From the NCBI GenBank assembly GCA_951406725.2, contig OX597825.1:2604001-2668000 (forward strand): 64,000 nucleotides of DNA, given 5' to 3'. Below, one piece after another: positions 13,601-26,318 of the stretch. Under the pieces are notes generated by a model. It saw only the letters and a list, made by a program, of their open reading frames with translations. It was not told where the DNA came from and did no database searches. The first letter of the stretch is position 1; each line of letters starts with the position of its first letter. Made by a program: the position numbers and the translations under genes. Origin of the DNA: Octopus vulgaris (taxonomy: Eukaryota).

Positions 13601-14531
13601 AATATATATATATATAATGTCTGAAATTTCATCCCTCAAAGTTTATTGTTAGTTGTTAGGGCATTCCCTACACTGAATAATTTAATATAAACTAAACAAC
13701 TTGCATATATTATAATTCGATTTTGTCTATTTCGATTTTTATTGCCATGCCACGGACGATATCACAGCTATGAGAATGCATTAAACACGCTGAATGTTTT
13801 AAGGATTTTATTTGTTTCGTTTTCTTTTTAATTGCTCAATATCACATGTCTCGTGTCGTTAAATGGTTCAAATATTTATTTTTGCTTTCCTAGCCTACAT
13901 GAAAAGGCAGCCATTACATTTTCTAATTCTAGTTTGCTGAGGGGTTGTATGACAAAACTTAATTAGGATTGAACAAAACTAGATTTCACTATACTTCTAC
14001 GCTACATACATACCATGCACTAATTATGCATAAACAACTATGCAGTAATTGAAAAATATTCCATCGAACCTAATATTATATGCATGCGTAAATGCATAAA
14101 ACGTTGTTCTCTATCAAATTTGCACAGATATAGGTGTTTACTTACAACCGTGCAATAATCAGCAATTTAGAATGCATCACGGTATTGATTACGGACATTT
14201 GGATGGGAAAATTTCTAAATTGCATTTGTCACGTTTTGCCTTTGTGCTTCATATATTATCAATCATGTCAGTAGCTATTTAAAATTTTTTGGATTCCTGT
14301 TTGTAAAAGATTAGCAATACTGATATTCCCGCACGTAACATTATTTATAAATTTTTGGTTTGTTTTATTTTTTATTCAGCAGGTGGCATCTGCGCATTAT
14401 GCGCGTGAGACATTTTAATTATTCCGTTTATATCAGAGTATTATATGAACATTCGTTATACAAACATACACACAGGCATATATATGTGTGTGTATATATA
14501 CACATATATTATATGCTTGTACATATTGATG

Positions 14532-14574
<43 letters not shown>

Positions 14575-14780
14575 GTACATCTATATGTGTATACATCCAT
14601 ATATTTATAAACGTAAATATGCATATGTGTACATTATTTATATTATTTACGTTTGACGGATATTTATCCTCATCTTGCCTATTGTTAACACAACGTTTCG
14701 GATGATATACACTCCAGCCTTCATCAGGTGTATTAGGGAAATTTCGAACTCATTCCTAAAGTTTTTTTCGATGTTGTTGA

Positions 14781-14835
<55 letters not shown>

Positions 14836-14836
<1 letters not shown>

Positions 14837-16044
14837 TATGTTTGACTTTTGCTTTATATTTGTACAAGTTGGCTCCAAGTCTCACCCAGAGACCTCAAGA
14901 GACAACAGGTTGGAAGTTCATGTTGTTGTTATGCCTAGTGTGCCATATATTGGGGGGGGGGGAGTTTTTGGTGTTGTACTAATGAATGTCTAAAAAAAAA
15001 GTTAAAATAAAAAAATAAAAATAAAAATAAAATAATTTTTTTTTCTTTCCTTTTTTTTTTAAAAACCGGAAATTATGTTTGTTTTAAACCTTGAGATTAC
15101 ATAGAAAGTATTTTGCGTAGGATATGAGCAGTTCCCATGAGCACTATCTTTTGAATTTCTGCCATTTTAGGGTTTCCTGGTATCTGAGTTAGGTAGCTAT
15201 CAGCCCCTTTTGCTATCATTCCCAGGGCACCTATGACAACAGGTATTGTTTTAGTCTTCAGGTTCCACATTTTGCTGATTTCTATTTCAAGATCTTTATA
15301 TTTGCTCAGTTTTTGGTAGGTCTTGACAGATACGTTTATATCGATTGGGACAGTCATATCAATGAGGAGGCATGTTCTTTGTTTGAAGTCTTTCAATATG
15401 ATGTCTGGCCTATTTGCATCTATCTTTCTGTCAGTTTGAATGGTGAAGTTCCAGAGGAGTGAGATGTGGTCATTTTCAAGCACTGGGAGTGGTTTGTGTT
15501 CCCACCAGTTTTTTTCATGGGGCAAATCCAGGTTTTTGCAGATTACCCAGTGAATATATTGTGCAGCTCTATCGTGTCTGTTGAGATGCTCTGTAGGCGC
15601 TAGAAGACTGCACTTGGAGACCACATGGTCAATGGTTTCATTTTGTTGCTGGCATACACGACACTTTGGACTGCTTCTGATCTTTAATATGTTGGCCTGG
15701 TAGTTTCTTGTTGGTAGGCATTGATCTTGAGCTGCTATGATAAACCCCTCTGTTTCAGATTTTAAGCCAGAGGCCATTAGCCATTGATGGGTCATGGCTT
15801 TGTCAACATCTGCATTATTTGCTCTCTTTGGGTATTTGCCATAGAGAGGTTTTTCTTGCCATTTATCATTCAGAATATCTAAGGCCGCAGATTTAGCACG
15901 GGTTTTCAGGCGCTTAGCCTTTTCTGTGACTGTTTCTTGTATGTCTATCTCTAATTCCGAAATTTGTTGTATTCGGTATTCACTTAGATATTCCTTTGCC
16001 TGTTTTGTTACTGAGTATGATGCTTTCTTGTTTTCATGTTTTCC

Positions 16045-16046
<2 letters not shown>
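14836..16046 (-). mobile_element. 5'-truncated R4/Dong-clade LINE inserted in (AAT)n
   Basis: Open frame to the stop at 15097, a 260-nt 3' UTR, and (ATT)n on both sides. Confidence 0.9.
15097..16046 (-). CDS. C-terminal ~316 aa of an RLE-type LINE ORF (CCHC zinc knuckle + restriction-like endonuclease)
   Basis: CRVC-x8-H-x4-C, RHD, RPDIILKD...LIDMTVP, KLSKYKDL, IPVVIGALG. The poly-Ile N-terminus in the ORF track is microsatellite. Confidence 0.9.
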
Positions 16047-16129
<83 letters not shown>

Positions 16130-16353
16130 GTTATTATTATCATTTTTATCATCATTATTATTATTCAGGTCACTGCCTGTAATCGAACTCGGAATCTTGT
16201 GGTTAATAGCCCGCGCTCTTAACCACTACACCATATGCCAAATGTAAATAATGTAAATAATGTAGATAATTCCTCATCGCTTAAATAGAATTATATATAT
16301 GCATATATGCATATATATATATATATATATGAATGTATGTATATATATATATG

Positions 16354-16418
<65 letters not shown>

Positions 16419-16626
16419 ATATATTATCTTTTTTAATAATTTTGATATATATTTAAATAATATAAATTAATTAATCTTATGTATTGGCTTAAGTTTTTCA
16501 TTGTATGATTTGCCTAATAGTGGTTTTATCTCTAATTTACTATAATATAATATTTTACTATAAAATTGGATTCAATCCTAAATCTGATTTTTTCCTGTAA
16601 GTTTGGATTCCCTATATCCCTAATTA

Positions 16627-16674
<48 letters not shown>

Positions 16675-17862
16675 CAAATGGCTAGAACATGTATAAGAAT
16701 AGCTGAAATGTAGTCACCTGTACCATGTGATCCCAGGTGGAACATCAAGATTACACCGACAATTCAACTCTCATATATATACTTATAAGTATTTATTTAC
16801 CCCTCATAAACCCTTGAGCTTATGGATTATACATGCATACACATAGTTTTATATTTGAGTCTGTGTGCATACGTGCGAATATAAGATATACATCTAGTTG
16901 TGATATGGACGTGTCCGTATGATATATCTAATTGGGCAGAAAAAGAGGAAATAGACAACAGCTTGCCTTGTATGTTGGAAGTTTATCTGCTTCATTGTAA
17001 TAGAATTTGCACTCCTGGAAATCTATCTTTTACACTGAACTGGGATATCTCTAATAAAATCATTACTTCTAAAGACTGGATAAATAATTTTCCGCGTGCT
17101 TCCATCTCAGTGGTTCACTTTATAGGTTCTTCTGTCCATGGTCTATGACCGGAAAGTGTATGACACATACGTAGCCAACATCATCTGTCTGTCTCATACC
17201 CTCGAAACATACTGATTTGAAGACAAGCATAAACCAAGTACTGGAACACACATGGTAAAAGCAATTTCGGTGGTGATATGATATCACCACTTGATAACAT
17301 CACAGTATTGATAACTGAAAAGCTAAACACGCTACTAATATTAAGTCTTTGGGAAAATGCTTTAACCAAGAAATCACCTGAAATGATCTTCGAATTTCTT
17401 GTAGGTTTTTTGCACAAAGGCACCATTAACATCGCTAGCATTGTAATTTAGCTCCTCTGTTCAGTGCCAGATATAACAGGATCCTCTGATAATTGTTGAC
17501 GTTCTAAGAACCCGAGATGAGGAGGGCAATGATGTCCCTAGTAATACATATAGCTCTAGAGGTGGTCTAAAACAGGCAGACTTAGTGTCCTGAAACCATT
17601 CACTGATACGTTCCAGCTCTTTCCCGACCCGTCGTGTCTTCTTTGCGCCTGCTCTGCACTTTCACTATAAGCGGTGCTGATTGGCTCATGCTGTTTTCAC
17701 CCAGGTATTTGAGACTCACTCGTCTCTCTTCCTCCAGACATAATTGCTACATTCCCCTCAACCGAGTCCGGCATTCTATGCAATACTTTGTTCCAAGAAT
17801 ATTGGCCCTATCACTTATATTCTACCTCGTGCCAATTAAGCTGCAGCTGGTGCTGTCCTGGA

Positions 17863-17978
17863 AACATATACACATAAATGAGGATCGCGATCATCAATTT
17901 AATAGGGACTGAATAGAAATATTTCTATTCAGTCCCTACTAAATTGATGATTGCGATCCTCATTTATGTGTATATGTT
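17863..17978. repeat. ~116-bp palindrome
   Basis: aacatatacacataaatgaggatcgc...agaaatatttct...gcgatcctcatttatgtgtatatgtt. Confidence 0.85.
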
Positions 17979-18469
17979 AGAAGAATGCGGTCTGTCCTGA
18001 GCAATTTCCATGCGGTGTTGCTTCTGTTGCCCCGCCAGTGCCCCGTGGACGAATTTCGCTGACACTCTCCATATGCACAAATATACGTTAACATGTTATT
18101 CCCTGATCCTGAGCTTATCCCCAATGCGTGATAAATTCCCGGGACGACGACACACCATGCCCTTCGCCGAATCATCTCAATCATTTCCTTCTTTTTGATG
18201 TGACATTAAATGCTGCAACGGCAACTACGAAGCCGCGATCAACAGTAGGAATCCATCCCCGCATATGTCAGCAAGATGCTAGGTTTAATTCGGACGGCTT
18301 TGGGAATCTACTGGAGGTTGTTGTCAATCTCTGTGAGGAATAGTTTGCTGCTGATAGTTCATATATATAGTAGCAGATTAGGATTAGGATTGCCATACGT
18401 CCGGAAAGAGTCAGAAGTGGTTGTCAAAAAATCGCTATCATTTCACCATCTATTGGTTTCCTAATTGCT

Positions 18470-18700
18470 CTGATTGTAATGCCAAGGATTACTATATGTA
18501 GCGTGCGCTTGATAAAAAAAACAAAAAAACAAGATCCGCTCTGCCTGCAAGACAAAGGCCTGGCTGGTAGAAAATATGTAAAAGGTTTTCAAAGACCTGC
18601 CGGGCACAATGCCGGAAGCAAACGCCAGGTTTCAGAGCCATCTTGAAACCGTGTTGGAAGCTGAGTGCGGCAAGCTTAAGTAAACGGCTTTCTCACAGCC
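18470..18700 (+). mobile_element. Degenerate Tc1/mariner transposase C-terminal relic
   Basis: DCNAKDYYM (cf. SPDCNPLDY) and RFQSHLETVLEAECG (cf. RLEAVIEAEGG). Confidence 0.5.
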
Positions 18701-18754
18701 ATAATCTACTTGATATTTTCTTTGATTATTGAAACTGACTTTTGTATATGTGTG

Positions 18755-18786
<32 letters not shown>

Positions 18787-18798
18787 AATATATATATA

Positions 18799-19117
18799 AA
18801 ATTATCAATTCAAAATGAACAATTAAATTACACCATCTAGAAAATTACATATATAGAAATATTAAAAATAAAATAACAATAAAATGTCAAAGATTAAGTA
18901 AATTGCAAAGACAAAAAATAATAATAATAATAACGTATATAATTGTTTCTTAAATATAGCCACGAAACACGTGTCATTATTCTACAATTCATATACGTTA
19001 TTATTATTATTATTATTGTATTGTTATTTTAATGTTAATATTTCTATTATATGTAATTTTCTTGATGGTGTAATTTAATTGTTCACTTTGAATTGATAAA
19101 ATGTGCTTTTTTCTCTA

Positions 19118-19122
<5 letters not shown>
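18799..19122. mobile_element. AT-rich foldback element in (TA)n with a half hammerhead (GAAACACGTGTC at ~18964-18975)
   Basis: Arms ~18799-18945 and ~18984-19100 are inverted. The spacer carries GAAA, palindromic ACACGTGT and GTC. Confidence 0.65.
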
Positions 19123-19171
<49 letters not shown>

Positions 19172-19186
19172 TATACATATATATAA

Positions 19187-19813
19187 GACCCGGCAAGACT
19201 AGTCAGGCCATAACCCGTGGCCCTTACCTGGGACGTAGTCAGTCCACCTGTGCTTACCTTCCTTCTTGTGACACTTGTGAGGACCTGTTGAGGCAAGTGA
19301 AAATCAAAACAAATCAAAATAGATGAACATCAATGGAATTTGTATCTTTGTGGTACCAGTGCCGGTGGCACGTGGCACACAAGAAAACCATCCGAACGTG
19401 GCCGTAGCCAGTACCGCATCGACTGGCCTCCGTGCTGTGGGCACGTAACAAACACCATCCGATCGTGGCCGTTTGCCAGCCTCATCTGGCACCTGTGTCG
19501 GTGGCACATAAAAACACCATCCGAGCGTGGCCGTCTGCCAGCCTCGTCTGGCACCTGTGTCGGTGGCACATAAAAAAACACCATCCGAGCGTGGCCGTTT
19601 GCCAGCCTCGTCTGGCACCTGTGTCGGTGGCACATAAAATCACCCACTACACTCTCGGAGTGGTTGGCGTTAGGAAGGGCATCCAACTGTAGAAACACTG
19701 CCAGATCTGACTGGACTGGTGCAGCTTTCGGGCTCCCCAGACCCCAGTTGAACCGTCCAACCCATGCTAGCATGCAAAGCGGACGTTAAATGATGATGAT
19801 GATGATGATGATG
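19187..19813 (+). mobile_element. RTE-related 3' end/SINE with an internal ~62-bp tandem array and (ATG)n tail
   Basis: About 4 copies of aaacaccatccgagcgtggccgtttgccagcctcgtctggcacctgtgtcggtggcacata (19385-19638), ggttggcgttaggaagggcatcc, and a ggacgttaaatgatgatg end. Confidence 0.7.
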
Positions 19814-19825
19814 ATATATATATAT

Positions 19826-19885
<60 letters not shown>

Positions 19886-21610
19886 GTGCAACAATATACA
19901 GTCTCTTAATATATAAACGTGAGTCTCTAAATAGATAGACCTAGAGGACAATATATATAGACGTATTTCAAGGCACGCTCAAATATATATGTGCGTATGC
20001 ATATGTATGTCAGCGCGCGCTGAAATATATATGCGCATGTGCATGTGCGTGGGTATGTGAGTGTGTGTGCGTGTCTGTGCGTGTGTGTGTGTGTGCGTGC
20101 TTGCATTTGCTGTTTTCAAGTGTGTCTGTTTGCAATCACCATAAAATACTAAATGGATCTACCATCAGGCTTTCGTGCTAATTTTAGGAAATTTACTTGA
20201 CAGATTTCACTAATCTCAGTTTTACCAACTTTTCCTGCTTAATTATTCACCCCATGCATGATGTATTTGAAAAATATTTTGTCTAACCTAATATTATATG
20301 CAAGTGTAGGTGTATAATATGTTATTCACAATCACATTTGCAATATGCATGTGTGAATAGACACCCATTGTCTCTTCATCTTACATAGCTTTCATACCAT
20401 TCCTATCAGCCAGGATATGCGAATGTAGTACTACCAAAGTTTACTTCTGTTTTACGACTACCACAATTAATATGTTGTAGGGTGTTCAGCAATTTTAACA
20501 TAAACGTTTGCCTGTTTGCCTGTTCCAAATGCTGATTTGTTTTCACAGTTGTAGCAACTTCATTATGTCTCTACGCATTATCTTTCATTATATTTCATTT
20601 TCATTCTTTATTCAAATCACTTTGTATTTGCAAATCTTTTAAATATTTTACAATGTCCAGTGTTAATCTCTTGAAGCGTTTCAGCTCTGGATGCCCCATT
20701 TGTGACTAATAAGAATCCGTGCTGTAAATTACTTTCAACCTTGATTTTCGAAATGAAATACAAACACGAATATAATACATTTTATTTATATTATAGATTG
20801 TACAATTTTTAAAATATAATTCATATAATTTATTTTGTAAGACTAATATATTATTTATAGTGTGAAGTGGTAGACTATTAATCCCATACCTCAATCTTTC
20901 TGCTCAACAAAACACTTCGATTAGTACAATTTCAAATAATTTACCGTTCTTCATATCATGATCTGCAAAAGCCTGTATGTAAATGTAAGGAGACTTCAAA
21001 TGTTATTGTGTGTGTAGGAAAACAGGTAAACTTCTACAATCTACGAGATTCAGCATACCAATGCCAGATCAAATTATATGCTTTGCAGTAGGCAATATTT
21101 ACTAAACATGATCCGGGAGTCAGAATTTTCCGATAAAAAAACACAATTGATCGAAGCCCTTGGTTAATAAGGCATCCTTGATGAATATATATTACAGCAG
21201 CAACAATAAGATGAATAACTACCAGGTATGAAACCTTTCATTACAGATCATTACTATTACAGATTGACTTTACATGAATATTACAGTTTCGACATAGTAA
21301 TAATGTAAGTGAGAATTTTGTAAAATCTACTGTTATTAAAATGCTGATTTTTTTTTTTATATGAGACAAACATTCCCAAAAGAATCAAGGACTTAAACGA
21401 TGAGATGGAGTTCTCTGTGTTTAGCTGATACGCAGGTATTCGAACCGCCACTATCGGCAGTTGGCTTGGTTTATCTATAAATTCTAGCAGTGAGATGTGC
21501 TTCTCAAAAGGAATTCGAACACACGTCGGACAATTCAGAAACAATTTTCAGAAAGACAACTACATAAACGTTAATGAAAGTATGCACGTATATGTATGTA
21601 TGTATGTATG

Positions 21611-21642
<32 letters not shown>

Positions 21643-22089
21643 CATGTATGTATGTATGTATGTATGTATGTATGTATGTATGTATGTATGTATGTATGTA
21701 TGTATGTATGTATGTGTATGTATGTATGCTTGTATGTATGTATCTCTCTCTCTGTCTCTCTCTCCATATATATATATGTTGAACTGGACGGACGTCTATT
21801 TGTTTCTCTCCCGAGTCAGTAGCAAGCTACACAGCTTCAAAACTAACTGACCTTAAATATATATATATTTGTAACCACGTGTTTGCCTACAAACCCGTAA
21901 GTACGTTTTCATTTAACTACAAATTGTTATATACACCTGTTTTTCTTTTAATATCCTCAAACAACCAAATAATCAAAAACTCACACCCTTAAGAGAAACA
22001 TTTATATATATATACACTTCTTTAACTCCCAAGAAAGAATATATATATTTTCAAAAATCAAAAGGAAAACAAACAAAAGAAAAACAAAC

Positions 22090-23443
22090 ATGACTAACTT
22101 GCAGGCCTGCAACAGACGAAATTGGTCTGATAACGAAATTGATGTTTTAATAAACACATGGCTCTCTCTTTCCCAAACAGAAAATCTAAATGTCTTGTGT
22201 TTGAATGAGATTGCCGAAAAAACATCACAAGTGGTCAACACACGATCCGTCAAACAGATTCGTAGCAAGTTGAAACATATCGAAGTATCTTTCAAACTGA
22301 TAAGAGGCCATTATGAAAAGCTTCTACATATTTTCACAGTTCAAGAACAACAACAGCTAGAAAATCAGCAGCCACAACAACAACAACAACAGAATGAGCC
22401 ACTCCTGGTTCCCAACACAATGGCTGACCCTGACATCGGTCAGGCACAACAACAACAACAACAGCCACAGCAACAAGAACAACAACAGCCACTCCTCAAC
22501 TCTAGCTTACTAGACGATTCACTAAATGCCAGTATCTTTTCACCGCTCTCACAGCAACCACCACAATTATCATCATCATCACCACCGCTGCCACCATCGT
22601 CTTCTATCACCAAAAATACCAACAGAAAACCAAATAAGAAACCACTGCCCTCTTCCCCCACATCACCACCTCAATACTACTGCAGTAACAAAAACTTAAA
22701 GAAACATAGGAAGCAGAATGCGCCCCCACGGCACAAACAAGAAATCCCCAAATATGCCGCTATTCACTGCGCCAGAGACTCTGCACAAATAGTGACTGCA
22801 TCTTCACGCATCTACCCGGCACTAGACGCACTACTGGCCAAGGCCAAAGCACGCATCCCACAATAACATCAACACCACCAAAGAGTAAATCGAAATTCAA
22901 AACACACACAACTCGGAGTCCCAAAATCTGCCGGTATTCCCAACGTGAGAGAACATGTCTACTGAGTGACTGTCCCTTCACTCATCTTCCAGGGACCCGA
23001 CGCACAAACAGAAACTGGGCCTCAAGCCAACACACAAACCTGAATAACAATAAAAATAGAAACACACCATGCTGCAGTAATGCTGGTCCAGTCTTTTCAG
23101 GAAGACACAAAAACAACAACAACAAAAGTGGAAACTACAACCCTATCCAACAGTGCAACCACACCTCCAGCCAAAAACTGCTCCCTAAGCAGGAAAATTC
23201 TTTTTAGCCATGTTGAACATGGCAAAAGAGATACACAAAAACATTCTAGCCATCCTCAACACCATCCTATGCTATTACCCCAGTGCACCAATTCCCCACA
23301 TTGCTGCCACTAACACACACAAAAAATCCAAGCCCCCTGCAACAGTCAAAACCAGCCACTACACTAACCTCCACATTCCTACTCAATGCACAAGGTGTCA
23401 GCCCTTCCATCAATGCACAAAAATGGAAGGTCCAATTCATTGA
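22090..23443 (+). CDS. LINE ORF1 (reconstructed across two -1 shifts): Myb/SANT-like domain, poly-Q/Pro linker, two C-x8-C-x4-C-x3-H zinc fingers
   Basis: NWSDNEIDVLINTW...QIRSKLK. In another frame: CRYSLRQRLCTNSDCIFTHLPGTRR (from 22755) and CRYSQRERTCLLSDCPFTHLPGTRR (from 22929). Shifts at C5 (~22723-22727) and T5 (23201-23205). Confidence 0.7.
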
Positions 23444-26318
23444 AGACTGGGTTGGTAACCATTCACACCACATCCCTTTCTTCATTCTCACTGAGACCCA
23501 CCTTGACAACTCCCACTTGGAAGCCGAAGTGAGAGTGAAGAATTTCACAACCATCCGCGCGGATCGTATCGGCAGGAGGAAGGGTGGAACTGCCATTTTC
23601 CTGCATGATTCATTTACGGCAGATGGAAATAGTATATTCTCCAACGGCTACTGTGAATCAGTCACCGTGCACAACAAAGCCAATGATCTGACAGTAATTG
23701 GGCTCTATAGGCCGCCCCAAACACCCATACTGTGCTTTAAAGAATGCCTCAACAGCATTAAGTGCTTTATTCAACAGTGCCATTCTAGCAACATACTCAT
23801 GATGGGAGACTTCAATCTACCCTGTGTTGACTGGACTACAAACTGTTTGAAACCAAGCACTCCCGCCTCAACCGCTGACAAAGAAGCAGCAGAGTCACTT
23901 TTCGACTTTACGAATGAGTTTTTCTTGTCCCAACTTGTCCTTGCACCAACAAGACATCAGAACATTTTGGACCTAGTGTTTAGTAACCACACTAACACTA
24001 TACATAACGTTACAGTGGAAAAAACCCTTCTTTCAGACCATGACATGGTTCTCTGTAACATGAAATTCCACCAGCCGAAAGCTAATCCTAGTGACCTTCC
24101 TCCAGCCCACCCATTTGACAACATGGATCTCCATAAAGCCAACTGGGATGCAATCAGGAACGAGCTATCAAATGTTGACTGGTCCTTTACACATACACAC
24201 ATCTCCACCAACCATAAAACATCTTGGCAGATCTTTGTAGACACCGTCACAGACATATGTGCAAAACACTCCCCACCAAGACCTGTGAACAAAAAGTGCA
24301 GAATCCCCCAAAACAGAAAAACCATTATCAGAAAAATAAAAAGAACAAACAAAAAAATTAACAAACTAAAGTACTGCCAACAGCAACACACACATTCGAC
24401 GGCTATCGCACTGCTTGAATCCAAAAAATATAACCTCCAACAATGCATGAAGTCCCTCATCAATAACCAAAGATCAGCTGAGGAGAAGTGGGCCATTGCA
24501 AAAATCAAACTCAACCCCAAAGTGTTCTTTTCATTTGCGAGGAAACGCAGGGTCACTGTCTCCACTGTAGGCCCTCTAATTGACGAAACTGGCACTCTCC
24601 AAGATAATGCCAAATCCATGGCCGAGATACTGCAGAAACAATACTGCTCTGTTTTCAGCAATCCTGATATGGCCGATCTGGGCTGTATCAGTGATGTCAA
24701 CCCCCAACACACTATATCGGACATAACGTTTAGTGCCCCTGATGTCTTAGCGGCGATAAACGAAATAAAACACAATTCAGCAGTAGGCCCCGATAGGTTC
24801 CCTGCTTGTGTCCTGAAGGTGTGTCGACACCAACTTGCATCTCCCCTTGCTAATCTGTGGAGAAACTCACTGGATGCTGGCTATATTCCAAAAAACCTTC
24901 TGTCCCAGTCTGTTGTCCCAGTTTTCAAAAAGGGAAACAAGTCCCTTGCAGTGAATTACCGTCCGATCTCACTCACCTCTCATATCATCAAGGTATTTGA
25001 GAGGGTGGTGAGATCTCAAATAACCCAATTTCTGGAAAGCAACAGACGGCTGATCTCCAACCAACATGGGTTCCGTAATGGAAGGGACTGCCTAACGCAG
25101 CTCCTGCATCACTTTGAGGACATTTTGAGAGCTTTGGGAGAGGGCTCCAACACCGATGTCATCTACCTTGATTTCAGTAAGGCCTTCGACAGGGTCGATC
25201 ACAAGATCCTATTGAAAAAACTATCCAACATTGGTGTCTCTGGAAAGTTACTGAAATGGATTAAGTATTTCCTGACAGACAGATCTCAACATGTTGTAGT
25301 TGAAGGGGTAAAATCAAGCCCAGCCAAAGTCAGTAGTGGCGTTCCGCAAGGCACTGTGCTGGGCCCACTTCTTTTCATCATTTACATTAATGACATTAAT
25401 GACATCATCAAGCACAGCAACATAAAAATCTTTGCAGATGACTCCAAGCTACAGAAGGTCATAAATGAGGCGAGTGACCGGACATGCCTTCAGTCAGATC
25501 TACTGGCTGTTATCCAATGGGCAGAAAAAAACAATATGCTGCTGAACGAGGATAAATTTGAGCTAATCCACTTTGGAAAAGAGGATGCCCTGAAACTCCC
25601 ATACTCCCTTCCTTCAGGTGAAACTCTCGCGGCGTCCAACAACATCAGAGACTTGGGAGTAATTGTGGACAACAACGTAAGCTGGGCCACTCATATAAAC
25701 ACCAAAGTTGACATGGCCCGCAGAATGTGTTCCTGGATTCTCAGAACTTTCCAGTCGAGAGATATCCACACCATTATCCTTCTCTTCTCCACTTTTGCCC
25801 GACCCCACCTTGAATACTGTTGTCCACTGTGGTCTCCCCACACAATACAAGGTATCATAAAAGTCGAAGCACCTCAAAGGGCAATCACAAAAAAGATAGA
25901 TGGCATGACAGGCCTCGACTATTGGGGTCGACTAGAAAAGCTAAAACTCTATTCTCTCCAACGTCGTCGTGAGCGCTACATCATCTGCATGATGTGGAAA
26001 ATATTCCATCAGCATTGCCCAAATGATGTTGGCATCACCTTTAAGGTACATCCAAGGCTTGGGCCCCGTGCCATCCGCCCAAAACAAAAATCGCACTCTC
26101 ATCTCATAACAACAATACGGCACAATTATTTCACCTCAATTGGCCCCGCTCTCTTTAACATTACACCAAAACACATTAAAACAGAAACTGACCCTATAGG
26201 GTTCAAGAAGTCTTTGGACAGATTCCTTCAAGAAATCCCGGATAAACCCCCTACACCCGGATATGTCTCTGTAAACAATAACTCTCTACTTGAGTGGGCC
26301 ATAGTGCCCAAATTCTGA
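23283..26318 (+). CDS. LINE ORF2: AP endonuclease + reverse transcriptase (1011 aa open frame)
   Basis: APE motifs LTETH, YRPP, GDFN, LDLVF, SDH. RT motifs YRPISL, QHGF, YLDFSKAFD, GVPQGTVLGP, FADD, DLGV. No internal stops. Confidence 0.97.
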   Translation: MHQFPTLLPLTHTKNPSPLQQSKPATTLTSTFLLNAQGVSPSINAQKWKVQFIEDWVGNHSHHIPFFILTETHLDNSHLEAEVRVKNFTTIRADRIGRRKGGTAIFLHDSFTADGNSIFSNGYCESVTVHNKANDLTVIGLYRPPQTPILCFKECLNSIKCFIQQCHSSNILMMGDFNLPCVDWTTNCLKPSTPASTADKEAAESLFDFTNEFFLSQLVLAPTRHQNILDLVFSNHTNTIHNVTVEKTLLSDHDMVLCNMKFHQPKANPSDLPPAHPFDNMDLHKANWDAIRNELSNVDWSFTHTHISTNHKTSWQIFVDTVTDICAKHSPPRPVNKKCRIPQNRKTIIRKIKRTNKKINKLKYCQQQHTHSTAIALLESKKYNLQQCMKSLINNQRSAEEKWAIAKIKLNPKVFFSFARKRRVTVSTVGPLIDETGTLQDNAKSMAEILQKQYCSVFSNPDMADLGCISDVNPQHTISDITFSAPDVLAAINEIKHNSAVGPDRFPACVLKVCRHQLASPLANLWRNSLDAGYIPKNLLSQSVVPVFKKGNKSLAVNYRPISLTSHIIKVFERVVRSQITQFLESNRRLISNQHGFRNGRDCLTQLLHHFEDILRALGEGSNTDVIYLDFSKAFDRVDHKILLKKLSNIGVSGKLLKWIKYFLTDRSQHVVVEGVKSSPAKVSSGVPQGTVLGPLLFIIYINDINDIIKHSNIKIFADDSKLQKVINEASDRTCLQSDLLAVIQWAEKNNMLLNEDKFELIHFGKEDALKLPYSLPSGETLAASNNIRDLGVIVDNNVSWATHINTKVDMARRMCSWILRTFQSRDIHTIILLFSTFARPHLEYCCPLWSPHTIQGIIKVEAPQRAITKKIDGMTGLDYWGRLEKLKLYSLQRRRERYIICMMWKIFHQHCPNDVGITFKVHPRLGPRAIRPKQKSHSHLITTIRHNYFTSIGPALFNITPKHIKTETDPIGFKKSLDRFLQEIPDKPPTPGYVSVNNNSLLEWAIVPKF

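Larger units (their letters stand above)
14625..16292 (-). mobile_element. tRNA-like/(AAT)n/hammerhead element, copy 2, interrupted by a Dong insertion; short inverted 3'-end copy at 16241-16292
   Basis: Hammerhead at 14687-14732 and tRNA-like module at 16165-16240, homologous to copy 1. Confidence 0.75.

Noticed and set aside
16165-16240. Bona fide tRNA gene
   Set aside because: No full cloverleaf or acceptor stem. It is a tRNA-derived module in a repeat.
19385-19638. CRISPR-like repeat array
   Set aside because: Contiguous tandem units without unique spacers, eukaryotic context, no cas genes.
20940-21580. Coding-looking sequence (pseudogene or exons); similar stretches at 727-880, 33820-34350, 56100-56760 and 60070-60600
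   Set aside because: Frames are interrupted by stops and no family motif could be recognised with confidence.
23957-24775. 272-aa antisense ORF in the LINE
   Set aside because: Shadow of ORF2 codon usage, with no motifs.
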